Below, piece by piece: positions 9,431 through 20,011 of a DNA stretch of 64,000 nt; positions within the stretch are counted from its first letter, which is position 1; each line of letters starts with the position of its first letter. The notes beneath the pieces are model-generated. The model did not search any database. It saw nothing but the letters and a program-made list of their open reading frames with translations, and was not told the origin of the DNA. Source of the stretch: Oscillospiraceae bacterium (GTDB lineage Bacteria > Bacillota > Clostridia > Oscillospirales > Oscillospiraceae); NCBI GenBank assembly GCA_902783035.1, contig CACZPK010000019.1, forward strand, positions 4,147 to 68,146, written 5' to 3'. The position numbers were made by a program, and so were the translations under genes.

Positions 9431-12400
9431 TTAGGGAAGGATATCGTTGATTCGCTCCCACTCAAAGTTGTCCGACGCCCGTTTGAGCCGCTCGCAGCGC
9501 TCACGCTCTCCTTCCGGTACGCGCAGACCGGCGAGCGAGTCGATCATGGCGGCGGCGCGGTCATATTCGAATTCGTCCAGCAGCCCCCGAATCATATCAT
9601 ACATTTCGCGCAGCTGGGCGTCGGAGACCGGCGGCGCCGCCGTCTCATCCTTCTCCGCCCCTGTGTCGAGCAGCGGTGCGAGCTGCTGTCCCAGCGTCCG
9701 ATAACGCGCCAGCAGATCGTCCAGCTCTTCGTCGATGGTCTTTACATCGCCCGCCTTGCCAGCCGCCTCCAGTTTTTCCGCCAGCTTGCTGAGCGATTGG
9801 GCGCCGACGGCGAGGGATGTGCTTTTGAGCGCGTGTATCTTGACGGTCGTGTTGGCGATATCGCCCGCGCGGTAAAGCCCCTCGATCTCATCGGCAAACG
9901 CTGCGGCATTTCTGGCGTAGATCACCAGCGTATCAAGGTAAGTCGCCGTCGTGCCGCAGTAGCTCAGCCCCAGCGCAACGTCCAGCGCCTCAACCTGATG
10001 CAGCCAGTCGGGAAGCGTCGCCGCATCATTCTCTCCCGCCGCATCCGCCGTCTTGCCCGCGCCGGAGTGCACCAGCTCCGGCGGCAGGTAGCGCATCATC
10101 ATCCGCTCCAGCTCGGCGCTCTGAATGGGCTTGGACAGATAATCGTTAAAACCGGCCGAAAGATAGGACTCGCGCACGCCGGTGATGGCATTCGCCGTCA
10201 AAACGATAACCGGGACATCCGCGCTCCGGTTGTCGGGCATCTCCCGCATACGGCACAGGGTCTCGATGCCGTCCATGCCCGGCATCAGATGGTCCATCAG
10301 GATCAGGTCATAATGCTCGTCGTGTACCAGCCGCAGGCACTCCTCCCCGCTCTCGCAGGTGGTCAGCTGCACCTCGGTGCGCCGCAGCAGCGCCGTGAGC
10401 AGCCGCCGGTTGAGCAGATTGTCGTCCACCGCCAGCACCTTTGCCTCCGGCGCGTGGAAAAGCGTCTGCTCCGCCTCCTTGAGTTCCGACGGGCTCTTCG
10501 CGCGTCCCGCAAAGGAACCGATGCGGTTGCCGGACAGTTCTTCCTGCGGGAGCACGACCGTAAACTGGGACCCGACGCCGTAAACGCTCTTAACGAGCAG
10601 GCAGCCGTGCATGAGCTGCACCAGCGTGCTGACAATGGGAAGGCCGAGGCCGGTGCCTTGAATACCGGCGTTTTCCGCCGTATCGAGGCGGCGGAAGCTG
10701 TCAAAAATCGTGGCAACGTCCTCCTGCCGGATGCCGATACCGGTATCCCGGATGGTCATGCGCAGATAGAACGGGTCGTCGATGGCGGGCGGTTCGCCCT
10801 TGATGAGCGCCTCCTCGCGCAGGAAGCTGACCTCTTCCACCGAAGGCGCGTCCACGGAAAAGATGACGCGGCCGCGGCGGGTATATTTCACCGCGTTGTT
10901 CAGCAGATTGATGGCAATCTGGCGGATGCGCGACACGTCGCCGCGCAGATGGTTCGGCATCACGGAGAGAAGGCGGGCGTCAAAGGCCAGGCCCTTTTCA
11001 TCCGCCTGCACCCGGATCAGGTCGCAAATATCCGTCAGCAGCGCCTCCAGATCGTATTCCGCTTCCACGATCTCCGTCCGTCCGGATTCGATGCGCGAAA
11101 TATCCAGAATATCGTTGACCAGGGACAACAGATGCTGTCCCGCGCTTCGGATATCGGCGGCATAACTGAGAACGGCGGGGTCCTCCGCCTCCCGGAGGAT
11201 CATTTCGTCCATGCCGAGCACGGCGTTGATAGGCGTGCGGATCTCATGGGACATGCTGGCGAGGAAGTCGCTCTTGGCGCGGCTCTCCATCTCCGCCCGC
11301 TGCGCCTGCAAAATCAAACGCGTCTGCGTACGGGTCTGTTCCACCGTCAGTCCGAGGGCGTAGAACAGCACGCCGAGAGACAGGCAGACGCCCTTGTGCC
11401 GGCTGGCGAAAAAGCGCATATCCAGGATCTCCATCACGCCGAACAGCACCAGAACGGCATATGAGATCCAGACGAAACGCAGCGAGCGGCACAGTGCAAG
11501 ATCGTTGACGGCAATGCGCCAAAAGCTGGCAACGATATAGGCCGCCGCCACAAGCAGCAGAATATGGATCAGCCACAGCAGAGACAGGAAATTATAACCC
11601 CAAAGGATGAGGAACAGGATCACCAGATCGATCGCCCCGATCACCAGACAAAGCGCCTGTGCCGCGGAGCTGTAGCGTCCGCCCTCGGAGGCATTCACCG
11701 AAAGGATGATCGGAACAGGGAGCATGAGCAGCGAGATAAACTCCATGTTCCGCGCGTAGAGAATATTGTCAAACAGGATCTGGCGAATATCCGAATTGCA
11801 CACAAGCCAGAGGGCGAGCAGGCACAGGAGCATGCCGACGTACAGATTCCTGCGTCCCAGCTCCCGGCGCGACGTGCGCACGATCTGGAGGATGACGAAA
11901 AACACGCCGATCAAAAACGTGATGATACCGCACGCCAGCGGGAAAACGTTGTGGCGGGCCAGCATAAAGATGATGTCCGCCTTGTCGCCGAAGTAGATCC
12001 GGCTGACGGTATCGGAATTGTCGTCCTGCAGGCGGGTCATGCTGATCTCCAGAATCGCGCCGGAGTATTGGCTTGAAATCGGGATGACCAGCCATTTTGA
12101 CGGCGGAAAATTCGCGTCATAGCGCCGGTGGGCAAAGAACTGATACTTGTAAATCTCCTCGCCGTTCACCCTTACCGTCACGATCTGGTGATTCGATTTG
12201 ATGAACAGCGACGGCCCTTCCACCAGAAAGAGGCCCGGAAGCTGACGGCGGATGACGACTTCCTCCCCCACCGCGTCGCCAAGGTCGGCCGGAAGCGACG
12301 GGATGGGTATTTCCTTCCCGTCCGGCATCACCTGCACCCAGTCGCGGGAGAGCGTCACAAACGTATATGCGTCAAAGCCCTCCCTGTCATAGGGCAGCAC

Positions 12401-12511
12401 ATAGCTGAATACCGTAAACGCCGCAAGCAGCAGCAGCATAATGCCATAGGTCAGGGGAAGTACCCAATTATCCGAGAGCAGCGCACCGAAATACTTTTTC
12501 AAGGCGTCCAT
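9431..12511 (-). CDS. Hybrid sensor histidine kinase (extracellular domain, multi-TM, HisKA, HATPase, REC, HPt)
   Basis: FLASMSHEIRTP, NLLNNAVKYT, DTGIGI, GTGLGL, DLILMDHLMP, HALKSTS. Confidence 0.92.
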   Translation of the reverse strand: MDALKKYFGALLSDNWVLPLTYGIMLLLLAAFTVFSYVLPYDREGFDAYTFVTLSRDWVQVMPDGKEIPIPSLPADLGDAVGEEVVIRRQLPGLFLVEGPSLFIKSNHQIVTVRVNGEEIYKYQFFAHRRYDANFPPSKWLVIPISSQYSGAILEISMTRLQDDNSDTVSRIYFGDKADIIFMLARHNVFPLACGIITFLIGVFFVILQIVRTSRRELGRRNLYVGMLLCLLALWLVCNSDIRQILFDNILYARNMEFISLLMLPVPIILSVNASEGGRYSSAAQALCLVIGAIDLVILFLILWGYNFLSLLWLIHILLLVAAAYIVASFWRIAVNDLALCRSLRFVWISYAVLVLFGVMEILDMRFFASRHKGVCLSLGVLFYALGLTVEQTRTQTRLILQAQRAEMESRAKSDFLASMSHEIRTPINAVLGMDEMILREAEDPAVLSYAADIRSAGQHLLSLVNDILDISRIESGRTEIVEAEYDLEALLTDICDLIRVQADEKGLAFDARLLSVMPNHLRGDVSRIRQIAINLLNNAVKYTRRGRVIFSVDAPSVEEVSFLREEALIKGEPPAIDDPFYLRMTIRDTGIGIRQEDVATIFDSFRRLDTAENAGIQGTGLGLPIVSTLVQLMHGCLLVKSVYGVGSQFTVVLPQEELSGNRIGSFAGRAKSPSELKEAEQTLFHAPEAKVLAVDDNLLNRRLLTALLRRTEVQLTTCESGEECLRLVHDEHYDLILMDHLMPGMDGIETLCRMREMPDNRSADVPVIVLTANAITGVRESYLSAGFNDYLSKPIQSAELERMMMRYLPPELVHSGAGKTADAAGENDAATLPDWLHQVEALDVALGLSYCGTTATYLDTLVIYARNAAAFADEIEGLYRAGDIANTTVKIHALKSTSLAVGAQSLSKLAEKLEAAGKAGDVKTIDEELDDLLARYRTLGQQLAPLLDTGAEKDETAAPPVSDAQLREMYDMIRGLLDEFEYDRAAAMIDSLAGLRVPEGERERCERLKRASDNFEWERINDILP

Positions 12512-12710
12512 GAAAGCTCCCTTTTGTTTCTGCTGAAATCGTATTGCATGGCAGAGAAACGAACACAAAATTCATCATTATCATATCAGTTTTCCTCCGC
12601 CATTGCAATAGAATCGACACAAGCAGGGGAAATCCTGTGCATTTTGCCAAAAAACTGCCGTATGCTTGTTTAAGAGGGGACTCCATGCGTGAAAAGCACA
12701 AGAAAACAAC

Positions 12711-12742
12711 AGCAGAGACGCTGCGCGCGCAGCGTCTCTGCT
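12711..12742. repeat. Perfect 32-bp palindrome (probable terminator of the symporter, or REP-like element)
   Basis: AGCAGAGACGCTGCGC|GCGCAGCGTCTCTGCT. Confidence 0.75.
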
Positions 12743-12838
12743 TGCCTTTGCCAGCCAACCGCCGACAAGCGATTCGGCAAATTATGGTCACGCTTATTGA
12801 AAGTCCGTATAAGTTCGGCTTTTCGCGGCAAAAGCAGA

Positions 12839-14212
12839 TTACCTGCGCCGCGTCTGCTCCACAACAATGCCCGTCAGTGCGAAAAGTGCGATCGCGTTGG
12901 GCAGAACCATAAGGTTATTGAACATGTCCGTCAGCTCCCAGACAAGGTCGTTGCCCGTCACGGTGCCGAGGAAGATGAACACCAGCGCGAGAACGGCATA
13001 AACCGCGGCGGACTTCTTGCCAAAGAGATAGATAACGTTGATCTTGCCGAAGAGGTTCCAGCTCAAAACCGTGGAGAAAGCAAAGAAGAACAGGCAGACC
13101 GCGACAAAGATCGCACCGAACTGCGTACCGAAAACAGTACCGAACGCCGTCTGGGCAAGGTTCGCCTTGCCGATGCCCTCGGGGATCACGCCGGAGGCAA
13201 GGATGCCGTCCTGCGTGTAGAGCGTGGAGATGATGACCAGCGCGTTGAGCGTCAGCACCACAAAGGTGTCGATAAACACGCCGATCATGGCGACGACGCC
13301 CTGCTCGTGCGGATCGCTGACGTTCGCCTGCGCGTGGGCGTGCGGGGTGGAACCCATGCCTGCCTCGTTGGAGAACAATCCGCGCTTCGCGCCCTGAGAG
13401 ATGGCGGTCTTGATCGCCGCGCCGAAGCTGCCGCCGATGATCGCCTGCGGCGTAAAGGCATAGCGGAAGATCATGCCGAAGGTGGCGGGGATATAACGGA
13501 TGCGCACGGCGAGCACCACAATGCCGCCGAGCAGGAAGATGCACGCCATGACCGGCACGATCTTCTCCGTCACGCTGGCAAGGCGCTGCACGCCGCCGAG
13601 GAAGATCACGCCGCAAATGACGACGAGCATAAGGCCGACGACCCACGACGGAATGCCGAACGCCGTTTCAAACGTGGAACCGATGGAGTTGGACTGCACC
13701 ATGCAGCCCATGAAGCCGAGCGCGAGAATGATGGCGACGGCGAAGAACCCCGCCAGGAACTTGCCGAAGCCACCCTGAAACGCCGTGGTGATATAGTACA
13801 CGGGGCCGCCGTGCACCGTACCGTCGCTATCGACCTTGCGGGTCTTGAGCGCCAGCGTCGCCTCGGCGTAGATGGTCGCCATGCCGAAAAATGCAATCAA
13901 CCACATCCAGAAGATCGCGCCGGGGCCGCCGGTAAGGATCGCGCCGGACGCGCCGACGATGTTGCCCGTGCCGACCTGCGCGGCGACGGCCGTCGCGAGC
14001 GCCTGGAAGGAGCTCATGCCGCTTTCCTGCTTTCCGCCGCTGAGGTTCAGGCTGCCGAAGAAGCGGTGCACGCCCTCGCCAAAGCAGCGCACCTGCACAA
14101 AGCGGGTGCGAATGGAGTACCACAGGCCCACGCCGATGAGCAGGAACACCAGAATGTAGTTGGACAGATAGGTGTTGATGTTGGATACGATGGATAAAAG
14201 TTGCTCTTGCAT
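12839..14212 (-). CDS. Alanine/glycine:cation symporter (AGCS family)
   Basis: AAQVGTGNI, GGPGAIFWMW, GAKRGLFSNEAGMGS; glycine riboswitch upstream. Confidence 0.93.
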   Translation of the reverse strand: MQEQLLSIVSNINTYLSNYILVFLLIGVGLWYSIRTRFVQVRCFGEGVHRFFGSLNLSGGKQESGMSSFQALATAVAAQVGTGNIVGASGAILTGGPGAIFWMWLIAFFGMATIYAEATLALKTRKVDSDGTVHGGPVYYITTAFQGGFGKFLAGFFAVAIILALGFMGCMVQSNSIGSTFETAFGIPSWVVGLMLVVICGVIFLGGVQRLASVTEKIVPVMACIFLLGGIVVLAVRIRYIPATFGMIFRYAFTPQAIIGGSFGAAIKTAISQGAKRGLFSNEAGMGSTPHAHAQANVSDPHEQGVVAMIGVFIDTFVVLTLNALVIISTLYTQDGILASGVIPEGIGKANLAQTAFGTVFGTQFGAIFVAVCLFFFAFSTVLSWNLFGKINVIYLFGKKSAAVYAVLALVFIFLGTVTGNDLVWELTDMFNNLMVLPNAIALFALTGIVVEQTRRR

Positions 14213-14237
14213 AAGGTTTTCTCTCCCTTTTCCGACA

Positions 14238-14272
14238 GAAAACGGACCGCGGAAGAATCCTTCCGCGGTCCG
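14238..14272 (-). terminator. Leader terminator (riboswitch expression platform)
   Basis: Minus strand CGGACCGCGGAAG-gatt-CTTCCGCGGTCCG-TTTTCT between the aptamers and the RBS. Confidence 0.8.
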
Positions 14273-14359
14273 GTCATCGTCAAAAGAATGCTTTTCGGCA
14301 TACGGATACGCATACGCGCAGCCCACGGCGCAAATGCGCCGCCGAAAAAGCGACTTTTT

Positions 14360-14532
14360 CCTCTGTCCTTTTGCCTGAGAGATTGGCGCTTGCGCGCTTT
14401 GCACCTTCGGCACCCGCGGAAACGGGATTCTCCAGAGTCACATCCACGCACAGTCCCTTCCCCTTTCGGGTCGCCTGAGAGTTTCGCTCCTTCGGCAAGC
14501 AGAACGCTTTTTCCTGCGCGTTTCATCTGTCT
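14360..14532 (-). ncRNA. Tandem glycine riboswitch
   Basis: Two aptamers on the minus strand: GGA..GCCGAAGGAG..CTCTCAGG..GGAC, and CTCTGGAGA..CCGAAGG..CTCTCAGG..AGGACAGAG. Confidence 0.92.
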
Positions 14533-14551
14533 GTATTCAATTGCGTTACTT

Positions 14552-14580
14552 AATTTAGCACGATAAAGAGGAAATGTCAA
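14552..14580 (-). promoter_or_regulatory. Sigma-A promoter of the riboswitch leader
   Basis: TTGACA-17 nt-TAAATT with TG extension. Confidence 0.65.
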
Positions 14581-14740
14581 TATCGTCGTTTCCGGCAAAA
14601 AAACCGCCGCATATACTTGTATCTTTGGCCAGTATGTGCTAAACTTGTTGCAGAATGACCTCGCACAATGCGCCGCGCTTCCGGGGCGGCGGCATTGCCG
14701 CGGCACATCGAAATTTGGAATAGTATGGAGGACAAAGAGC

Positions 14741-15787
14741 ATGGCAATCCAGGTAGGCATCAACGGTTTCGGACGTATCGGCCGTATTGCGCTGCGCAGC
14801 ATGATCGAGCGCGGCAGCCACAGTTATCATATCTGCGGCATCAACCTCCGCAATGCGGACCTTGACTTTATGGTCTATCAGGTCAAGTACGACACCGTGT
14901 TCCGCACGTTCTACGGCACCGTGGAGCATGATGACAAGCATCTGATCGTGAACGGTCAGAAGATCCGCGTCTACAGCTATTCCGACGCATCGGAAATCCC
15001 TTGGGACGACTGCTATGCCGAGTATATCATCGAGTCCACGGGTGCCTATCTTACGAAGGAGAAGGCGTCCGTACACCTTAAAAACGGCGCAAAGAAGGTC
15101 ATTCTCTCCGCTCCGTCCAAGGACAATGAGACGCCGACGTTCGTCATGGGCGTCAACCACCAGACCTACAAGCCCGATATGGACGTCGTGTCCAACGCCT
15201 CCTGCACCACCAACTGCCTTGCGCCGATGACCAAGGTCATCAACGATACTTTCGGCATTGAGCAGGCGCTGATGTCCACCATTCACTCCGCGACGGCGAA
15301 GCAGAAGCCCGTCGACTCCCGCGGCGGCAAGGACTGGCGCACAGGCCGCAGCGTGCTGGGCAACATCATCCCCTCCACCACCGGCGCCGCGAAAGCCGTC
15401 GGCGAGGTCATCCCCGAGCTCAAGGGCCGCATGACCGGCATGAGCTTCCGTGTCCCCACCACAGACGTCTCCGTCGTCGACCTGACGGCGCGCCTCAAGA
15501 CCTCCGCCACCTATCATGATGTGTGCATCGCCATGGAGAACGCGGCGCAGAACAGCATGAAGGGCATTATCACCTGCACGGAAGACCCCGTCGTCTCCAG
15601 CGACCTCACGGGCTTCCCGCAGACCTGCATTTTCGACGAAAAGGCAGGCATCATGCTCGACGACAACTTCGTCAAGCTCATTGCGTGGTATGACAACGAG
15701 TGGGGCTACACGAACAAGCTCATCGACCTGATGACCCACATGTACAGTGTCGACCATCCCGTCGGAATGTTCAACGGTGAGCGCTGA
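14741..15787 (+). CDS. gap: Type I glyceraldehyde-3-phosphate dehydrogenase
   Basis: GINGFGRIGR, ASCTTNCLAP, WYDNEWGY; GGAGG RBS. Confidence 0.96.
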   Translation: MAIQVGINGFGRIGRIALRSMIERGSHSYHICGINLRNADLDFMVYQVKYDTVFRTFYGTVEHDDKHLIVNGQKIRVYSYSDASEIPWDDCYAEYIIESTGAYLTKEKASVHLKNGAKKVILSAPSKDNETPTFVMGVNHQTYKPDMDVVSNASCTTNCLAPMTKVINDTFGIEQALMSTIHSATAKQKPVDSRGGKDWRTGRSVLGNIIPSTTGAAKAVGEVIPELKGRMTGMSFRVPTTDVSVVDLTARLKTSATYHDVCIAMENAAQNSMKGIITCTEDPVVSSDLTGFPQTCIFDEKAGIMLDDNFVKLIAWYDNEWGYTNKLIDLMTHMYSVDHPVGMFNGER

Positions 15788-15805
15788 ATCCAATCACCAA
15801 CGTCC

Positions 15806-15836
15806 AAAGCGCCGCAGGCCAGCCTGCGGCGCTTTT
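15806..15836 (+). terminator. Intrinsic terminator after gap
   Basis: AAAGCGCCGCAGGC..GCCTGCGGCGCTTTT. Confidence 0.85.
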
Positions 15837-15977
15837 CTGCGCCCGCGCACAAACCGCGCTTTTTTGCCTGTACCGTGCGAATTTCCCTCTGTACAATCGC
15901 GTCGAACAGGAGTAAAATAGAGTACTATCGTGGAATGGCAGTTTCTCTTGTCGTTCCGAGTGTTGGGAGGGAAAAGC

Positions 15978-17384
15978 GTGACGACAAAGAACCCCATCAA
16001 CCGGAGCATCCTGTTCGGCTGTATGGTCTTTATCATGATTCTGAGCCTGCTGCTTTCGATCTATACGCATCTGGCGTTCTCCAATGCCCTGTATGCGCAG
16101 TATCAGGCGCGTCTGCGGGACGTTATCACCTACGCGGAGGGCTGCGTGGACGTCGATGACCTATATGAGTGTGTCCGCACCGGCGTGTCTTCCGAAAAAC
16201 GCGATACGCTGCAGCAGGAATTCAACCGGATGGTAGACGATTTTGAGCTGACCTACCTCTACGTTGTCATCCCGGTGGACGACGAAACCGGCTCGATGAT
16301 CAACGTCATCTCCGCGACAAACCGCGCCGAGCGCGAAGCGGGGGAAACGGACGTGCCCCTGCTGTCCGTCACCTCGGACACCTATTCCCGTGAGCAGCTC
16401 CGTCCGTATCTGGATGCGCGGAAGTCGTCCGGCATATCCTTTTTTGAAAGCACCTCCAACTGGGGCAACTACTACACCGGCTGCAAACCGCTGCGCGCTT
16501 CGGATGGCGAGGCGTCCATCCTTCTGTGCGCCGACTACACCACCGCGGATCTACACGACAACATCGTGGACTATGTTTCCCGCAGCGCACTGCTGATCAT
16601 CCTTGTAAGCGGTGCCTTCGGGGTGTTGCTGGCGCTTTGGCTGCGCCGGAACGTCGTGTTGCCGATCCGCGCATTGGAGCGCAGCGCACTGCGCTTCGTT
16701 CACATGAGCCGCGAGGCGAAAAATCCCGAAGCGCTGGCATTTGACGCGGAAGGCGTCGACACAAGCATCGAGCTGAAGCAGCTCATGGACGCCTTCATGC
16801 AGCTTTCGCAGGAGATCAAGGCGCAGGTGGAGGATGCCGCCACGGCAGAGGAGCGTGCCAGAACGGCGGAGATGGAGATCGAGGGCATGTTCCGCGTCGC
16901 CTATCAGGACGCGCTGACCCGCGTAAAGAACAAGGCCGCGTACGACGCCAAGCGAGCCGAGCTGGCGGTGGATATTGTGAACGAACGCGCACAATTCGCC
17001 CTCGTCATGGTCGATCTCAACAACCTCAAGAAAATCAACGACACCTATGGGCACGAAAAAGGCAACGCCTACATCGTCGGCGGCTGCACGACCCTGTGCC
17101 AGGTCTACGGCCACTCCCCCGTCTACCGCATCGGCGGAGACGAGTTTGTCGCAGTGCTGCAAGGAAACGATCTTGCCAACCGCGAGGCGCTGTTTGCCGA
17201 CCTTCAGGCACGTTTTGCCGCATTGCAGGACGACATGAGCCGCGAGCCGTGGGAGCGCTACTCCGCCGCCGCAGGCATGGCAGAGTACATTCCCGGAACC
17301 GACATGAGCGCGGACGACGTATTCAAGCGGGCGGACGCGATGATGTACGAAAACAAGAAACAGATGAAAGCCAACCGGGCGTAA
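15978..17384 (+). CDS. Membrane diguanylate cyclase (sensor, HAMP-like, GGDEF)
   Basis: DALTRVKN, DLNNLKKINDTYGH, RIGGDEF; GGGAGG before GTG 15978. Confidence 0.9.
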   Translation: MTTKNPINRSILFGCMVFIMILSLLLSIYTHLAFSNALYAQYQARLRDVITYAEGCVDVDDLYECVRTGVSSEKRDTLQQEFNRMVDDFELTYLYVVIPVDDETGSMINVISATNRAEREAGETDVPLLSVTSDTYSREQLRPYLDARKSSGISFFESTSNWGNYYTGCKPLRASDGEASILLCADYTTADLHDNIVDYVSRSALLIILVSGAFGVLLALWLRRNVVLPIRALERSALRFVHMSREAKNPEALAFDAEGVDTSIELKQLMDAFMQLSQEIKAQVEDAATAEERARTAEMEIEGMFRVAYQDALTRVKNKAAYDAKRAELAVDIVNERAQFALVMVDLNNLKKINDTYGHEKGNAYIVGGCTTLCQVYGHSPVYRIGGDEFVAVLQGNDLANREALFADLQARFAALQDDMSREPWERYSAAAGMAEYIPGTDMSADDVFKRADAMMYENKKQMKANRA

Positions 17385-17399
17385 AAAGAGGAACTGGGC

Positions 17400-19933
17400 A
17401 TGGACAGAGAAGTCAAGGAAACCGGGCAGCAGATTATGCTGCCAACACCGACTCTGGTGGAGTTGATGCTCTCGGAATTCGACGAATTGATCGAGTTGGA
17501 CTATATCCACGGGCATGCGCGCAGTCTCAAGCATACAGAGGGCAAACTCTTCGCCCCCTTGGGCGGTGGTGTGTCGCTCGCCGATGCCCGCCGCTACACT
17601 GCGGAGAATATGATCCATCCCGACGATGTGGAGCGCTATCTGCGTGAGAGCGATCCGGAAGCGGCACGTCAGCATATGTCCGCCGAAGGCGCGTCAAGCT
17701 TGCACCGCTCCCGTTTTCGCTTTAAGCAGCTCGGCGGCGGCTGGCGCTGGATGGAACAGGTTGCCATCAGCGGCAGTGAAAACGGCGTTCCGCCGGGACT
17801 TTGCTACATCTTTATGTTTGACGTGCAGTCTCAGGTTGAAGAGGGGATGAACCTCCCGGTCTTTTCCTCCGCCGGTATGCGCAGCGAACTGACGGGGCTT
17901 TTGGCGGAGGAGCCATTTTATCAGGCTGCGCGCTCGCGCCTGTCGGTTTGCAGCGAGGGCTGGTGTGTGCTGGTCATCGATCTGGAGCATTTCAAGCTGT
18001 TCAACGAATGGTATGGGCGCAAAAACGGAGACATGCTGCTCGCGCAGATCGGCGCGCACCTGTCGCAGGTGGAAGAATCCTCCGGCGGTCTTGCCTGCTA
18101 TTTCGGGCAGGACGACTTCGGTCTCCTGATGCCATACGACAAAGAGCAGATCGAAACGCTGTATGCCGCGGTACACACGCTGATCAAGGAATACGGCACG
18201 TCCGTTGGCTTTATGCCCGCTTTCGGCGTCGCGATGGTATCCAGTGAATACACTGTCGAGGAACTGTGCGACCATGCGGCGGTGGCAGCGCGCTATGCCA
18301 AAGAAAACTACCACACGCGCATCCGCACCTTTGAGCTTTCCATGTATCGGCAAACGGAGCGGGACTACCAGATCCTGTCCGATTTCCAAAAGGCGCTGCG
18401 CGACCACGAGCTGATCGTCGTGTTCCAGCCCCAGTGCCGCATCTCCACCCACCGGGTCGTGGGCGCGGAATCGCTTGTGCGCTGGCGCCGGGAAAACGGC
18501 GAATTGATGCAGCCCGCCCTGTTCGTTCCGGTGCTGGAGCGTTACGGCTTTGTCACCGATCTGGACGAATATGTCTGGGATGCGGTCTGCGCGTGGCAGC
18601 GGAAATGGATCGACGGCGGGCACACGCCTCTGCCTGTCTCCGTCAATGTCTCGCAGATCGACATCTTCACCATCGACGTGGCGGAGCATTTTGAAGCTCT
18701 GGTCAAAAAGTATGATCTGCCGGCAGAGGTCATCAAAATAGAAATCACCGAATCCGCCTATGTGGACAACGACGCAGTGTCGGACACGGTACGCCGTCTG
18801 CGCAAGAAGGGATTCCTCGTCCTGATGGACGATTTCGGCAGCGGCTACTCCTCGTTGAACATGCTGCGCAGTCTTAACGTCGACATCATCAAGCTGGACG
18901 CGCATTTTTTGCGCATGAACGGCGACGACCGCGCCAAGGGCATGCAGATCATGGAGTCCATCGTCAACCTGTCAAAGACCATGAGCGTGCCGATCATTGT
19001 CGAAGGCGTGGAGACGAAAGAGGAAACGGACTTCCTCATCGGCCTCGGTTGCCGCTATGTGCAGGGCTTTCATTTTTACCGTCCGCTGTTTGTGGAAGAT
19101 TACGAAAAGCTGATTGCCGACCCGCAGAATATCGACACACGCGGTTTCTTCTTCAAGGTGCGCGAACAGTTCCACACGCGCGAATTCCTGGATGAAAACG
19201 TGTTCAGCGACACGATGCTCAACAACATTCTCGGCCCTGTGGCATTCTTCCTGCGGCATGGCAGCGAGATCGACATTCTCCGTTACAACCAGCAGTTTTC
19301 AACGAGATCCACTCCCCCCTGCTCATCAGCCACCTCCGTTCATCGCAGCGCGTGGTAGTACCGGAGGATCAGCCGATCCTGCAAAACTTATTTGATCAGG
19401 CGGAAAAGAACCCGCTCAGCGGCTCAAACGGCGTCGTGCACTTCCACCGCTCCAACGGCACGACAACGGCGCTTCAGATACAGCTCTTCTTTCTGGAGGA
19501 AAACGACGCCGGCAAGCGCTTTTACGGCTCGGTGCACGACATTACGCAGGCGCGTCAGATCAGCAGCCAGATGCAGCTGCTCTCCCGCGTTTCGCCCGAC
19601 ATCATTGTGTTTTTGCGGCTTGAGGGGAAAAAATGGGTGGCGCAGGTCGTCATTGACGGACTGGAGAGCGTGCTGGGTTTCGACCGCAACGAGCTGGAAC
19701 GGGAGCTCAACGAGGGTTCCTTCTTTCAGCGCATCGCAGAAAAAGACCGGAACGAGCTGGTACGGCTTGTTCAGGATTCGAACATGCAGCTGGAAGCGTT
19801 CTCGCCGCCCTTCAGCGTTACCTGTGCAAACGGCAGTCAAATCATGATGCGCGTCGGCGTCGGCGGCGTACAGGACCGGAGCTGCGGCGTAGACTGGCTC
19901 TTGATCCTCCGTCGATCCGCAGACGGCGCCTGA
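17400..19933 (+). pseudogene. PAS-like, degenerate GGDEF, EAL phosphodiesterase, split by a 1-nt frameshift near 19296 (ORFs 17400..19358 and 19352..19933)
   Basis: GQDDF, AESLVRW, EITES, DDFGSGYSS. The two ORFs align consecutively with the intact paralog 31201..33714, and adding one T to the T4 run restores the frame. Confidence 0.85.
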
Positions 19934-19940
19934 TACAAGC

Positions 19941-19979
19941 AAAAAAAAGACCTCCGGGCGATTGCCCGGAGGTCTTTTT
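19941..19979. terminator. Bidirectional terminator
   Basis: A8-GACCTCCGGGC-gatt-GCCCGGAGGTC-T5. Confidence 0.88.
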
Positions 19980-20011
19980 GCGGGGAGAGAGGTATTCTCC
20001 CGAAAGGATGT

